A program made the translations under genes and the position numbers. From the NCBI GenBank assembly GCA_951406725.2, contig OX597824.1, positions 65,906,001-65,970,000 of the forward strand: 64,000 nucleotides of DNA. The letters run 5' to 3'. This document shows, in pieces, positions 13,494 through 28,000 of the stretch. This DNA comes from Octopus vulgaris. Taxonomy: Eukaryota. Position 1 is the first letter of the stretch. Each line of letters begins with the position of its first letter. Below the pieces are notes generated by a model that saw nothing but the letters and a program-made list of their open reading frames with translations, had not been told where the DNA came from and made no database searches.

Positions 13494-14090
13494 TATCCCC
13501 TTAGCATTTAAACTGGCCATACCTGCTTTATGTTCAAACTGGGCAAATCTGGCCTCTCACACCTATCCTTCAGTGTCATTCTAAAAATAAATTACCACAT
13601 AAATTACCATAGGTGCAGGAGTGGCTGTGTGGTAAGTAGTTTGTTTACCAACCACATGGTTCCGGGTTCAGTCCCACTGCGTGGCACCTTGGGCAAGTGT
13701 CTTCTACTATAGCCTCGGACCAACTGAAAGAAGCCCGTCGTATATATATATATATGTGCATGTGTGTGTTTGTGTGTCTGTGTTTGTCCCCCTAGCATTG
13801 CTTGACAACCGATGCTGGTGTGTTTACATCCCCATCCCTTAGCGGTTCGGCAAAAGAGACCGATAGAATAAGTACTGGGCTTACAAAAGAATAAGTCCTG
13901 GGGTTGAATTGCTCGATTAAAGGCGGTGCTCCAGCATGGCCACAGTCAAATGACTGAAACAAGTAAAAGAGTAAAAGAGAGAGTACATCATCAAACACTT
14001 AAAACTACAATAATAATGCATAATTAATTGAAAGCAACGTGAATGAATAAGCATTACATTTGACAGAGTATTCCTGATTGCTAAAGGACA
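13494..14090. mobile_element. piggyBac-type MITE interrupted by a SINE
   Basis: Degenerate ends ttatccccttagcatt ... attgctaaaggacaa (TTAA-CCCT/AGGG-TTAA type); SINE A inserted at 13611-13985. Confidence 0.45.
13611..13985 (+). mobile_element. Near full-length tRNA-derived SINE family A
   Basis: tRNA-like head with A box (gtggctgtgtggt) and B box (gggttcagtccc), internal (TG)n, tail (gtaaaaga)n. Confidence 0.9.
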
Positions 14091-14469
14091 ATTCCAGTAC
14101 TGCTTGCTAGATTACTTTTTGACACATTTATTGACTGACTGACTGTATCTTTATTATTTTTATTTCGTTCATCGAATGATCAGATCAATCAATTTGCTCT
14201 ATGAGTTATACTTTGTCATAGCCCTTTGACACACTTTTGTTTATCATTTATAGATTGGTGCAGTTTAGGAATAGTCATCCCTAACTCGTGCAGAAAGGAA
14301 GAGGACATGAATTTTTTTTTCACCTTTCATATTTTTAGCTTTGGTTTAGTACATACAACAGGAATTTTGAAATTATATATATGTGTGTGTTATCCATCCA
14401 CTATATATTGATGATTCTTCCTGATTTTTATATCCACATAAACTAGTTGAAAGGCATTTTCCCCTTTAA

Positions 14470-14593
14470 AGTGAGAAGACATTGCAAGCTACACATGCGC
14501 CTTCGTTCCCTAGAGGGAAAAGACTAGATTGGGATTAGTCGTTGCCTACTAGGGGCTCTTACATACCCGGGCAACGCCGGGCTATGCTGCTAG
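14470..14593 (+). mobile_element. Helitron 3' terminus (5' end not located)
   Basis: GC-rich hairpin cccgg-gcaacg-ccggg (14566-14581), then 8 nt, then CTAG followed by T (14590-14594). Confidence 0.7.
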
Positions 14594-14795
14594 TATATAT
14601 ATATATATATGTATATATGTTTGCATATAGATATGTATGTATGTGTGTGTGTATATATATGTGTGTATATATATATGTGTGTGTATATATATATGTGTGT
14701 GTATATATATATGTGTGTGTATATATATATATGTGTGTGTGTATATATATATATGTGTGTGTGTATATATATATATGTGTGTGTGTATATATATA

Positions 14796-14838
<43 letters not shown>

Positions 14839-14970
14839 ATGTAGATATATATATGTATGTGTGTATATATACATATACGTATAATGTGTGTGTTTATATG
14901 TATGTATATATGTGTGTATAGCTATGTATATGTGTGTGTGTTTAGGTATGTATGTATGTATGCATGCATG
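14594..14970. repeat. Compound (TA)n/(TG)n microsatellite
   Basis: Alternating atatat/gtgtgt blocks; source of several spurious ORFs. Confidence 0.95.
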
Positions 14971-16234
14971 TGTCTGTTATAAAGAATCCAACAGTTGGTG
15001 TTTAAAACTTCGTATTTTTTTACATTCTTCAACCCCATTTCGTACTATTTTCTTTCCCCTATGAAGTGGTAATAGGTATTTCCAAACTGCACCCATTGAT
15101 CTAATTGTTTCACCTTTTTCTCTCATGAATAATAATAATAATAACAACAACTACATCGTCAGTAAACATTTCAGTCAAGTTTGCCTCCATTTGCCTTCAG
15201 CTGTTAGAATACTACTGTTCCTGCCATATGTCACACTAGTATACACAGAATACAATCAACGACCGCCCCCACTATCTTTCACTTTTTTCGTTCACACTAA
15301 TTAAAGTTTACCTATTGGGTTGTTTTTCTTTTTTTTTTTATTACGCATTTCATTCGTTTACTTTTTTTTTTTTTTTTAAAGAAGTTATTGATTTACAGCT
15401 TTTAGGCTTTTTATTTGTAGTAGTTTTATGCTATCATCTCTGTATTGTATTTTAACCTGTAAATTCGGGCAGCAACGTCTCAGTACAAGTAATATACGTA
15501 CATACATATGTGTAAGTGAATTTGGTGAGTGAGATGTATGTGTGTGCGTGTGTGTGTATGTATGTTATGTGTGTGCGTGTTTGTGAACGTGACAATTTTG
15601 TTGTACATGTGAGTTTATGTGTTAGTGTGTGTGTGTGTGTGTGTTCATGCGTTTGATTTTGCTTGTACGTTTGCCTGTTTGTGTAACTATGTATGTATGC
15701 GTATGTGTGTATGTATATTATTTGTGTTTGTGTATGTGTTCATTTCTGTGTGTATTTTCATTTATATGGTTTTGTGTTTATCGTGTTTGAATAGAAATCT
15801 CTCTCTGTCTGTCTGTCTGTCTCTCTCTCCCCTCTCTCTGTAATGAATACTTGCAGTGCATATGTTAGTATGGGTGTACACATACATACCAATTTATGTA
15901 GATGTATTTATATTTATTCATATAATGTACTTGCCAACAAAAGTACGCGCACGCGCGTGTGTAGGCAGGCATGAATGAAAATCATATATGCTGGTGTGTC
16001 ATCTTCAAGGGCATATTCGATTATATCGACTCTAGTTGCTTGACCGGTGTTGGATTTTATGCAACCTCAGAAGGATGAAAGGCAAAATCAACCTGAGCAG
16101 GATTCGAACTCAAAACATAATCAAATATCACGTATTTTGCTCGTTGTTTTACTGATTAAGTCATTTTGTCCACGATATCGATCTACAGGAAGCTGTCTAG
16201 AGACGCCCAACTAAACGAATACTATATTCTATAA

Positions 16235-16560
16235 TGGTGAGGGCGCGTGGCTTAGTGGTTAGGGCATTCGGCTCATGATCGTAAGGTTGTGAGTTCGATT
16301 CCCGGCGACGCGTTGTGTCTTTGAGCAAGACACTTTATTTCACGTTGCTCCAGTCCACTCAGCTGGCAAAAATGAGTTGTACTTGTATTTCAAAGGGTCA
16401 GCCTTGTCACTCTCTGTGTCACGCTGATTATCCCCGAGAACTACGTTAAGGGTACACGTGTCTGTGGAATGCTCAGCCATTTGCACGTTAATTTCACGAG
16501 CAAGCTGTTCCGTTGATCGTATCAGCTGGGACCCTCGTCGTCGTAACCGGCGGAGTCTTT
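16235..16560 (+). mobile_element. tRNA-derived SINE, third family (CORE/Meta-like central domain)
   Basis: Head gcgtggcttagtggttagg...gagttcgattccc, then tgtgtctttgagcaagacacttta...ccagtccactcagctg; decayed copy at about 24460-24600. Confidence 0.75.
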
Positions 16561-16919
16561 TTTTATATTCTATAATACTATAGTCAGTTACTATATTTGA
16601 GTATCTTGCTTCTCTGATCATCGATACACTCAAGCTTTGATGCTTAGCAGCTGATCATCAAATCCCACTAGATTATCAACCAGCTTTCCGACAACAACTT
16701 TGGCCATCTTTTTGAATTCAATATTTGTACTGCCTATGTACATACAAAATCAAAAATATCGCAGCACCCGTAACTTTCAGAAACATTTTTGCACCCTTTG
16801 AATTGTCAAAGCATGGAACAAACGACAAAGATTTTCCTATTCGTCTTCAATGCTTCATAGACCAGAAGTGATATGCCTTTGTTACACTACTGAAGCTCAT
16901 ACTCAACCAACCCTATTTG

Positions 16920-17300
16920 TCTAGAAACGTTAGCACGCCGTGCGAAATGCGTAGCCATATTTCGTCTGCTGTTACATTTTGAGTTCAAATTCCGCCGAGG
17001 TCGACTTTGCCTTTCATCCTTTCGGGATCGATTAGATAAGTACCAGTTACGCACTGGTGTCGATATAATCAACTTAACCCGTTTGTCTGCCCTTGTTTGT
17101 CCTCTCTGTGTTTAGCCCCTTGTGGGTAGTAAAGAAATAGGTATTTCGTCTGTCTTTACGTTCTGAGTTCAAATTCCGCCGAGTTCGACTTTGCCTTTCA
17201 TCCTTTAGAGGTCGATAGAGTACCAGTTGAGTACTGGGTCGATCTAATCGACTGGCCCCTCCCCACAAAATTTCGGACCTTGTGCCTAGAGTAGGAAAGA
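16920..17300 (+). mobile_element. Two tandem tRNA-derived SINEs (family C)
   Basis: gagttcaaattccgccgaggtcgactttgcctttcatcctttcggg occurs twice; same family at 30051-30480 and 39113-39343. Confidence 0.8.
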
Positions 17301-17702
17301 ATATTCAAGGTTCCTACATTAGGCATGTCTTTTCTTATCTTTAATCCTTGCAAGACAAAATCCTAATGAATATACTGTTTGCGTATTCAATTATTTTTTC
17401 TGTATAGTTAAGATTTACGAGAGGTTTAGTAATAAATATCTAACTTGGAATATATATATACTATCTCAATGTTGAACAAATGAAGTTTCATGTTATGAGA
17501 TTTTGTTTGAGATTTTAATTTGAATACAAACACTTTAGTATGAACAATATCAGATAAATTAGCATTAAAAAAGTTAAGTATCTTTTAAAAACTCCTTCAC
17601 CCTTTCTCCACCTGTTATGGCTAGTTTTAGATGTATTAAGTTTCATTCTCTGCTTTCTGCAGCCTACTGAGACAGCCTAGCTGTTCTACTCATCCTTTAT
17701 GC

Positions 17703-17958
17703 CAGTAGTTCTCAACCAGGGTCCGTATGACACTTAAGGGCCCGTATAAGATTTTGTTCTTAAAATTTATGTGTGATAAATTGGTTATACTTTCACAATA
17801 CACAAAATATTTTAACAATTTTTTACACAATTCCTTATAATATTCAATTATAAATATACAATAAGGTTTCTTTGAAGCATCAAATAACCACGAGCGTCCA
17901 CCCTAATAAAAATAGGAAATAAAGGAGTCCATAGGTAAAAAATGGTTGAGAACCACTC
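17703..17958. mobile_element. hAT (Charlie-like) MITE
   Basis: TIRs cagtagttctcaacc / ggttgagaaccactc; degenerate 8-bp TSD ctttatgc / ttttatac. Confidence 0.8.
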
Positions 17959-20900
17959 TTTTATACTTACGTCAGGAGTCACCGAGGATCAAGACAAGGA
18001 AATTATGAATTATACTATTAGTTTTTACCTACATTCACTTTCCTTTCTAGGGCGGAACAAAGGACTCTGTAAACTTCAATAGTGCACCATATATTTAATG
18101 TCTGCTTGTTTCTCCTATTACTAATTATTCAACTATTTAGTGAGAGTGGCACTTAGTTACAGTTAAAGCAAACTGAATCAAGAAAAGCAATGTAAGAGTG
18201 TATATTTAAGAACAACATAATGGTTGTAATAAGGCTTGTATTATTCTTTTCCAGTCAGTAGTTCAGTACTGTTACCTCACAGTCATTGTACTTCATAAAA
18301 ACCATTGTTTTAATGTCCCCTTTTCCATGATTACATAGGTTAGATAGAGTTTATTGAAGCAGATTTTCTCTATAGTCAGATGCCCTCACTTGCATCCAAG
18401 CAAGATATTTCCCTGTGGCCAGACATGTTCTTGCAGAATTCTGGAAAAGAATGATACTGCTTGTATGACTGACAATCATTTTACAAACACTACATGATGT
18501 CAAGACAAGAAAAGACAAATGTGTGCACACACACACAACACACAACAGGCTTCTTTCAGTTTGTCTACTGAATCCATTCATAAGGTTTTGGTTTGCTTAG
18601 GGCTATAGTAGAAGACATTTGCTTAAGATGCCATGCATTTGGACTGAACCCAAGACAACAAAGTTGGGAAGCAAGCTTCTTATCACACAGCCATCTGTAT
18701 ATATATGTGGGTAGTAACATTAGTACTGCAGTAGATTTGCAGGATCAATAGATTGTAGGACAAAATGCCTTGTGATGTTTAGTTAAGTCACTTTATATTC
18801 CAAGTTCAAATTTCCTTCTTCGGGGGTTGATAAAACAAGTACCAGTCAACTACAAGAATCAATATTATTGGCTATTCTCCACCAAATGGCCTTTAGTACT
18901 GCTGCAGCACTGAAGGCAAGATGTTTGAATTCACTGATGTCACACACATAACAATGACCTCTTTTGGTTCACTCTAAGCTTTACATATACCAAAATAGAA
19001 AAAGAAAAACTGTTTTTCTCCTCTGTTGGAAAATGAAGAAAACTTTAAAAGGAAATATTCCTTTCAACTAGTTTATGTTGATATAAAAATCACAAAGAAT
19101 CATCTATATAAATATATAGTGGCTGGATAACACACACATACATACGCATATGTGCACGTGCACACACACACACACACTGCTAGCTTCTTTTAAATTCCAT
19201 CTACCAGGTCCATTCATAAAGCTTTGGTTGACACAGAACTATAGCAGAAGACAATTGTCAGTGATGCCATGCAGTGGGACTGAACACTGAACCCAGAGCA
19301 AATCTCTTACCATACAGCCATGCCTGCATAAATATATAATGTTTATGTATGTGTGTTTATATTGTTTTATTGATGTAGTTCAGTGGAGAATATAAATAGT
19401 GGTGAAAAAGCTAAAAAAAAATAAACGCTTTTACCAACAAAATCCTTTGAGATATTTGTTTTGCATTGGATTTATGAACTTTTCGTTGTCATTCTCATCA
19501 GAAGTGCAGTGAAGCTGTGTTTTAGCCCACTGGATACCTTGTAACTAACTGTACAACAAAATTGTGATATAAAATAAATTTGGGATAAGTGAGGCGTTGC
19601 TGAAATACTATAAAACTGTAAATTCCCTAACTGCAACATTATAACTCACTCTGTAACTTTGCCCCACTGTAAAGCCTCACAGATAGAATAAATGTGAAAA
19701 AAAAAAAAAAATCTTGAGATAATCCTTGTTAGTTTATCTGATATTTCCTTTAAATCCATTGTAATCTCAGATACAATAAGAATAAGCATTAAATTTATGA
19801 GGTTTTTTTTTCTTCTTTATTTTATATGTTTCTGTTATAGGTTTATTTTGTAGCTGCTTACCTTGCACTCATTTTGTTCTAGGCAACATCTGTTGTTAAA
19901 ATTCCATAATACCCTTGATATTTACTTTTGTTTTGCTTGTTTGAACTTGTTCTGTCCAGAATGCAAGACCTTATAAAACCCAGTAGCTCTAACTTGTTCA
20001 TTTTCATTCCAATCTTCATTCATCATGTCTGATCAGTCTATATCCTTCTCTTGCTATGAGTCAACTGCAGCTGGTAATTTAAATAGTGAGTCAGTGACTT
20101 AATAGACTTATTAGACCATTCTACTTTCAGATTAATCTCTTACAGATACCAGGCAGCTAATTTCCAGTGACATTTCGCCTATCTTTTCACATTCATTTAT
20201 TTCATTTACTCAGACTTAAATCTTCCACCAATCAACCACTGAGTGCTTCTGTTTCTTTTGCTATAATGACAATGATTTTTGTTTTTTGAACATACTGACT
20301 ACATATTGCCTGAACATAAATCTCTTTTATGCGCCTCCTTCTGTTCTCTTTCTGACATTTTTTCTCTCATTATAGCTCAGCTCTGAACCCCTTTATATAA
20401 ATATTTCTTTCTCAATCCTTCTCTTCAGAGCTGCAATCTTCTTGGACTTCTTAATCACCTATGTATTCCAGTCTACCCATGTATCCCAATTACCCATGTA
20501 TTCCAGTTACCCATTGTATTCCGGTTAGAATTCAAACAGGATATTAATCACAGTGACTGTATAATAGTTAGCCTTATCATTCAGTGAGATGCTGGTGGCA
20601 AGTTCCATAATCAATAAGAATGTTGAGATTCTCCTCAGCTCTATGATGGGGTCTTAAACATGATCATTGAGGAAAATTTAGTTGCTAGAAATAATGATTA
20701 AAATCTCCTACAAACCAAACCATACCATCTTAAAAAGAAATGACGCATTGGATAATATAGTCTATGGTACACTACTGTCTGAAAAAACAAGCATAAACAT
20801 GGCTTAAGTGTCTTCGATCAAAGGTCAACTCAATTAGGGTTGATTTGGAGCTAAACTACAATATCAACAATTTCATATATTGTATCTGGATCAGATAAAT

Positions 20901-23900
20901 TTGGCAGTGGAACCTATCTCTCTCCAAGCCCAGGAGGAGTTTAACTCAGCACTGAAAGTGAAGTTAATGATAATCCCATCAATGTTATATTATTATTGGT
21001 GCTTACAGTTGTGAGTTGTTTCAACAATGTGATACATACTTACACATAGATCTGCTGAGCTTTTGAGAGTTTAATGCTTTGAGGCCATAAAATAGTTGGA
21101 TGACAGAGTATAAATTTTTAACCCAGTGTCCTATTTACTTGGCCAGCTGTCTCCACCAGTCTAGAAAGAATCTAAAATGTTTGAAGTCTCTCTTGTCTGC
21201 GTTTCCATGGCTGCGGCAGAATCCACAGGTGTGTAGAAATAAACTGGACTGTGGAGATAATGCATTTCTGGGCTCTCACACTGCACCCTATACTTATTTA
21301 TTACTGCTTATTTGAGTGTGCAGTCTTGCCCTCAACTAGGTAGAGATATGGTATAACAAGAAAAAAAGGCTCTATAGATTGCATCTAGTTTTTTTTAATT
21401 GTCGTCTGGTATGCCATAGGATTGCTCATGAGGCTATACTAAAGTGTCAACCAACACCTCACATTATTCATCAGACTAACTAACTAATAGTTAAAAAATG
21501 TCAAAAGTTTATAGATACGATATGTTTTGTGTAAATGCACTGTAAGCCAGTATGACAAAATAGTGATAGAAATGATCACATTCCATTTCTGTAAGGATGG
21601 TGGATTGGCAAAAATCATTAAGGTGTTGGAAAAATTGCTTTGCGGTTTTTCTTTCACCTTTTTCTGAGTACAAATACTGCCAAGGATAACTTTGTCTCTC
21701 ATCAATCAGTGGGGTTGATGAAATAAGATACCACTCTAACACTGAGGTTAATGGTATTGACCAATAACCTCCTAAGATTGCTGGTCTTGTGCCCAAATTA
21801 GAAACTATTATTCTGTAAGGATAAAATGATTAGTGGACTATTTAATTTTACATTGCCTCAGTTCATTTTGGCTATTGAAATCAGGTGACAGGTTTTCTGA
21901 CAATGCTTATACATTATTTTGTAAGGGTTGTTGTTTTTTGATCTCAGGTCATGGCTGATTGAGCAGACTTATGATCAAAAGTATTCAATTTGTCATTCCA
22001 TTAACCTGTCTTTCTTAATGATTGGTAAGGTGTGATTTGTGAGGATTATTTACTATTTCTAGCAGGTTGAGTAGACACTTAAAGGCTCTGACATTGGCAT
22101 CTTTTTGTAAAGTTAGAATGTTTGAAAAACTAAGATTAAGATTACTAACTTCTTTGTTTTTAGCTCACATCCTTTGTGTGCTCTTTGATGAGTCTCTGTA
22201 CAGGATACCTCACTTGTAGAAACACACGACTGTTTTATGACTTGTTATAAAGACTGGAATCCTATCCTGGGTGAAATTTGTTCATCTGCTTAAATATTGT
22301 GGAACTACTCATCAGTCTCTCAAGATTGCATTTTATATATTCTTTTAAAAGACATCTGAAGGAATTTGATATGATGTAATGAATTAAAGGTTGGTTTTTC
22401 TATTAACTTACAGGTGTTGAATATGTTGCCCTTGGGTTGAAATGTCCAAATTGGTGCATATTTCTGGCAATGGTAACGGAACTGTTTCTCTTGCATGATG
22501 CTTTAGACTAATAAATTGTAGTCTTATTGATGTTGTTGTTATAGAAGCAAATAAATTTTTGTTTTTGTTGAATTTAGTTTCATGTTTCACTTAGTTTCAT
22601 TTAGTTAGTTTAAATCAAATGGTTACAGCCTTGCTGGAGCACACTCACTATCATTTTGTTTGTAAGTTTGCTTCACATTTACCTTCTGTTGTAAATTGTA
22701 TTGCTTGTTGTAGTTTATTTTTATGTCAAATGAAAAGTTGATGAAAACTGGAGTCAACCTATTTCAAGTATAGCTTATTGAGATAGCTGAGCAGGAATAG
22801 AAAGTGTTAAAAAAATAACACTTTCTCCCCTCAGGGTACTGGGCAATTTGGCTGGCTGTCTATATCTTGTCACTGAAGCATTGTGTTACTTTGGTCAGGG
22901 AAATTAGTCTACCTAGCTCTAAATTCTACTTGTTTAGCTTGAAGTCTATCCTAATCAAGCAAATCTTTGAGCAAAAGCTTTCTAGCTTTGTCCATCCCAT
23001 TTGTTTTTTGGAGTCATAGGGCCACATAATCTATTGTCTTTCTTTTTTTTTAAAGAGAGTGGATGTGGTTTGCGAGCCATTTTATTGTTATTCCTAGTAA
23101 GCTGAGGTATCACATGAATGCATCCATGTTGCTACAAAGGTCAGACTCAACACCATGAACAATGTAGCATGTAGAATTGACAAATGAGGCGTCTGTTGGC
23201 TTGCAGGACTGAGCTCAATCCCAATTCCACTCAATGAAAAGCTACATTCAGTAAACTACCATCCTGTTCAGTATCACTCTTGCATTTAACACCACAGAAT
23301 TGAAAATGAACACTAATCAACCTTATGCATCCTTGTAAGTGAGAACAGAATTAGAATCATTCTATGTTGGTAAACAGTTGAATAGTCATTTTGTCTGTTG
23401 CAGTCAATTGTCCTAAATTTCTGAAGCAGTTGTCTATCTTCTCAATTGAAACTTTATAATCTCTAATTTAAAGACTGGAGATAGTTTACTGAGAAATTCC
23501 ACTTGATGAAGAGAGATTTCAACAGATTGAATAGAAAGCTTTCCAGATGCTAGCTGATTGGTTCATATACTGTCATCAGTGGTTATTACTGTACTAAGTT
23601 GTGGCTTCACCCAGGTCTGGATAGAGTTGATAGAGCTTTAGATAGGATGCTTCATGATATTTAGTTTGACTGTGCTCTGAGTTCAAATCCTGGCGAGGTC
23701 AACTTCACTTTCATCATTTTGGGGTTTATAAAAAGTATCAATCCAGGGTAGTGGATTGGTGAAACTGTTCGTGAAACAGGCAAAATATTTTGCAGTATTT
23801 GTTCTGCTTCATGCATTCTAGTAGCAATACCTGTAATAAGAATGGTGTCAAGCTGTATTGGCCTAAGTCAGTGGCCTTTCTTTTGGAGAAAAATTGGTGG

Positions 23901-24415
23901 CATGGAGAAGGGAGACTTGCATGAATTGGTAACTGCTAGTCTTTCCTTAAGACTGCACATGTGCAGATGCATGGTCACTCTTGACCAACAGGGACCCTAG
24001 CCCAGATCAACTCTAATCAAGCAGACATATGATCAAAAGGATTCCAGCCATGACCATCCTAGCTTTTTGGTTGTATGTCCAGGACTACATTATCTAATGC
24101 ATCTTTTCTTTATTAAAGATTGTGGAGTGTGATTTGAGGAAGGTTTGGTTGCTATTTTTAACAGGTCAAGTAACTTGCATTATATTAAATACTATAAGTA
24201 GGTGTAGACTTGAAAGTGTCCATTCATTAACAAAAGTGTAGTTGAAAGTATATTTATTGACTATATATTGGTGCTGTAAATAGGCAGTTAATTGACCTTT
24301 CTTGATTGCAGCTATCTATCTGGGTAATCTGCTCAAAGACAGGAATGCTGTAAGTGAAACAACATATTTTTTACAACTGAGAGTTAAAGACCAGATTCAA
24401 CAGAAACTTACTTGC

Positions 24416-24459
<44 letters not shown>

Positions 24460-24970
24460 TCTGTGGCCTAGTGGTTAGGGTGTTGCACTCATAATTACTA
24501 GATCATGGTTTTGATCACCAGATCAGTGATACATTGGGTTCTTGAGCAAAAATAATCATTTCATGTTGTTTCAGTCCACTCAGCTGTAAATGGGTAAGCC
24601 AATGAAGGACTGGCATTCCATTCAGGGTGAATGTTAACTGATAGGGTAGCATCATTTAAAAGCTAAAACAATGTAAAGCTCATTGTTACTAATGGTGTAT
24701 AAAAGCAGCTGGTCATCTGGTGAATACATATATATATATATTAGTTATTGTTGACTTCCATTACTTAAAGTTTCATGCCAAATGGTTGTCATCAAATGAT
24801 GCATCAACTGTGAAATATTTGATATTTGCAATACTGAATATTGGAAGTAGCCTTTAGTTTTGACACACCATTTGGTGTTTGCCATTTGGTAAGAAACTTC
24901 AAGTAATGGAAATGCATGGTCAAGTTTAAATTTGGAACAAGGGTATTAACTGAAGTTTTATATACATATG

Positions 24971-25030
<60 letters not shown>

Positions 25031-28000
25031 TACATGCATACATATATATATATATAAATACACACACACACACACACATGTAATTGACATTGGAATCTTG
25101 GAGAATTCTTCAGAGATTCTAATACATATATGTACACACACATAAATATATATTACATGTAATGACCATGCTGCTGCCAGCTGCTGTGGACTGTGAAATG
25201 GTTAATAGAATTAACATTTCAGCTTCAAAACTTACACAGGCATTTGGCCAAATAATGACTATGAAATAATGATAATGATAATAATATTAATAATTATAAA
25301 AATGATAATGATCATAATAGTAGTAGTTGAAATAGTAACAGAATGACGTGTTTGATCACAATTGATCTAGAATTGAACATTACACTGCTGAACAATTGAA
25401 TTGTTGTAATGTTCTCTTATCTGGTTGTAACCAGTCTTTTTTGGCTTGTGCTGTTCTTTTGAATATCAAAAATACTTAATCTAATCAACTCCAATCTGCT
25501 TTTTGTAGTTTATTCACTACTAGTTTCCCATTTATGAACTCTGTTTTGGACAATAGTCGTCAGATAATTGTTTCGTTCAAATGTAATCAATTTAAGAGTT
25601 TTTATACTTTGATAAATAGTGGTTTTAGAGTGAGAGATTAAATCACTTATAGATTATTGATAACTGTTCTGTGTCTTATTTAAAAAAAAAGAAGAGAAAA
25701 GGTTTCAATTTGAATAATGTTGTTGCTATCATTGACATGGAAAGAACCTTGGTTGATTCTCTGGTATAAGAATAAGCTGGTTGTGTGCATGAGAGCAGAA
25801 ACCTGTTTTGATCAATATCATGAATATGCCAAATTTTAGTCTGACCAAAAATATACCAAACACCTTGTTGTATCATTGTTGTTCTTATTGTTTCACCCTA
25901 GGTCAGCCTGATTGAGCTAATTTATGGTCAGAAGCATCCTTGCCATGACCATTCTACCCCCCACCCTTTACTTTCTAGGTAACAGTCTATCAAAAACTTA
26001 ATTTTACCTTTTTAAGAATGTCATTCTTAGAATATTCCACACTATGTAGTGTTATATCTTGTTTAGCTGTTATTTAGTGTTTTGTTATTATATATTTTTT
26101 GTTTTAGCCTTTCAGCAACTGGCATAAAGCTTCCTTCCATCTCCATTCCTAGTGGCTTTTTCCTTTTTCCCTTTTCCATTGCTTTCTATCCTGCAACCTA
26201 CTCATAATAATATTAATACTAGTGCCAGTGGCAAAAAAAAAAAAGCAAAGAAAAAAGGCACCGAGTACACATTGTAAGGTAGATGGTGTTAGGAAGGGCA
26301 TCCAACCATAGAAAACATACCAAAGCTGACACTGAAGCCCAGTACAGCCCTGCAGCTTGTCAGATCCTGTCAGAATGTCTGACCTATGCCAGTATGAAAT
26401 ATAGATGTTAAATGAAGATGATAATGAGTGTTTGTTTACTATATAGTATTTTTTTTTTTGTTAAATAGTGTTTGGTTGTCATATAATGATTGGCTAGTAT
26501 TGTTTAGTCCCAAGTTGGTCCTGGTTGAGCAGACTTATGATCAAAAGCAGCATTCCATCTGTGATCATTCAGCATTCCCCTCACCCCCTAGGACTATATT
26601 ATTAAATGTCCTTCCTTTTTTAAGATAATAGGGTATAATTGAAGGGATATTTGATAACTGATATTTGCAGTATGTCAAACAACCAAATAGGGGCTCTCTT
26701 GTTGCTTTGTATAGTCCCCGAGTTGTAATTTAGCAATTGGTTGTGACAATAAAGGCATATTGCACTGTTTTGATCAAAGACCATTGTGGTTGTGGTTAAT
26801 GATGGAAACAGGTTCAGCTGATATAATTTAATGCAAGTTGACTTTTTACCTTGAAGAAAATAGAACATAAATGTCTTGGAAAAGTACCAATCCTTGGATG
26901 AAAGGCATAATCTCTCAGTTTAACACTACCACCTGGCACATCTGGGGCCTTTAGTGGAATTCACTCAGTAGTGCACATTCGAAGCCAGAGCCACAATTTG
27001 AGGATACTTCTTCCCTTCTTCAGAGGCCTATAAAAGGTTATGGATTGTGCTATTCCTTTTGGATAAAAGATAAAAAAAGAAAAAAATCATGTTGATGCAA
27101 AGTGCAGTTTTCAATATGTAGTTCATTGTGGTTTGTTTGGAAGATACTGTAAGCTATGTCTACTTTTGTTGAGGGTAATGGTTGGAACATACTTGTGATC
27201 TTAACATCATTTTATTATCATTTGTAGAGCTGATTAAATGATCGTAAGTTCTGAGATCGGATTACTAATAAAAGAAAGCTAAAAGTACTCTGCACAAGAG
27301 TGTACAGTGTTGAATAAACAATGAAAAGATATAAGCCAGTGAGGGAACATTTCTGTTTGTTGACCTGTTAGAAATAGAGCCAAATTACTGCCAAATTACC
27401 TTCAAATTACATCATACCTTCCTAAAACAGGAAGTATACATTAGAATAACGTATTCCAAAGTATCCTTCCTTTTTTAAGTTGGTAGCCTTAGAGATATTA
27501 AGCTGAAATAAAGATTTCTGAAATCAGCACAAGTTGATCACAGCTGAAGAATCTGTCTGTTCACGGTTCTCCCCAATCATGGCTGATTTGAGCCAAATAA
27601 CAACCAATAAAAAAAGATACAATTTCAAACAAAATAAATAAAAGTCACTTACTACTGTTTTTATTTCATGATTTGCTAAGTTTAGTTTATAGGCAAACAC
27701 TAGTAAAAATGTATCAGCTACTAACAGACTAAATTCTGCCAACAGAGTAAAGTATTGTAAAACACTGATGGTGCTCAGAATGAAAAAAATAAAATTATGC
27801 CTAGCTTTTCATGTCTATTATTTCCATTATGTGCCAATGTCCACTTGTCAGTTTATTGCAGATTTAGTAGGCAATAATCTGGTTTTCCTGTAAGTAAAGT
27901 AATATGTTTGTACAATTCTTTTAAAGTAACAGTGTCAGAATCACTCCATTGGTTGATCTATAGAAGAAAGAAATCACTGGTAATGGAGGGACATGTAATG

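Noticed and set aside
13611-13690. tRNA gene-like sequences (also at 16240 and 30051)
   Set aside because: These are SINE heads: A and B boxes are present, but there is no intact cloverleaf and they continue into SINE bodies
14542-14921. [12 protein letters not shown] ORFs here and throughout the ORF track
   Set aside because: Translations of dinucleotide microsatellites
19860-20600. Possible decayed LINE on the minus strand
   Set aside because: Purine-rich, coding-like composition but no motif I could identify
22180-22235. TTGATGA...GAAAcacacg hammerhead-like spacing
   Set aside because: No convincing stem I or stem II and no UH site
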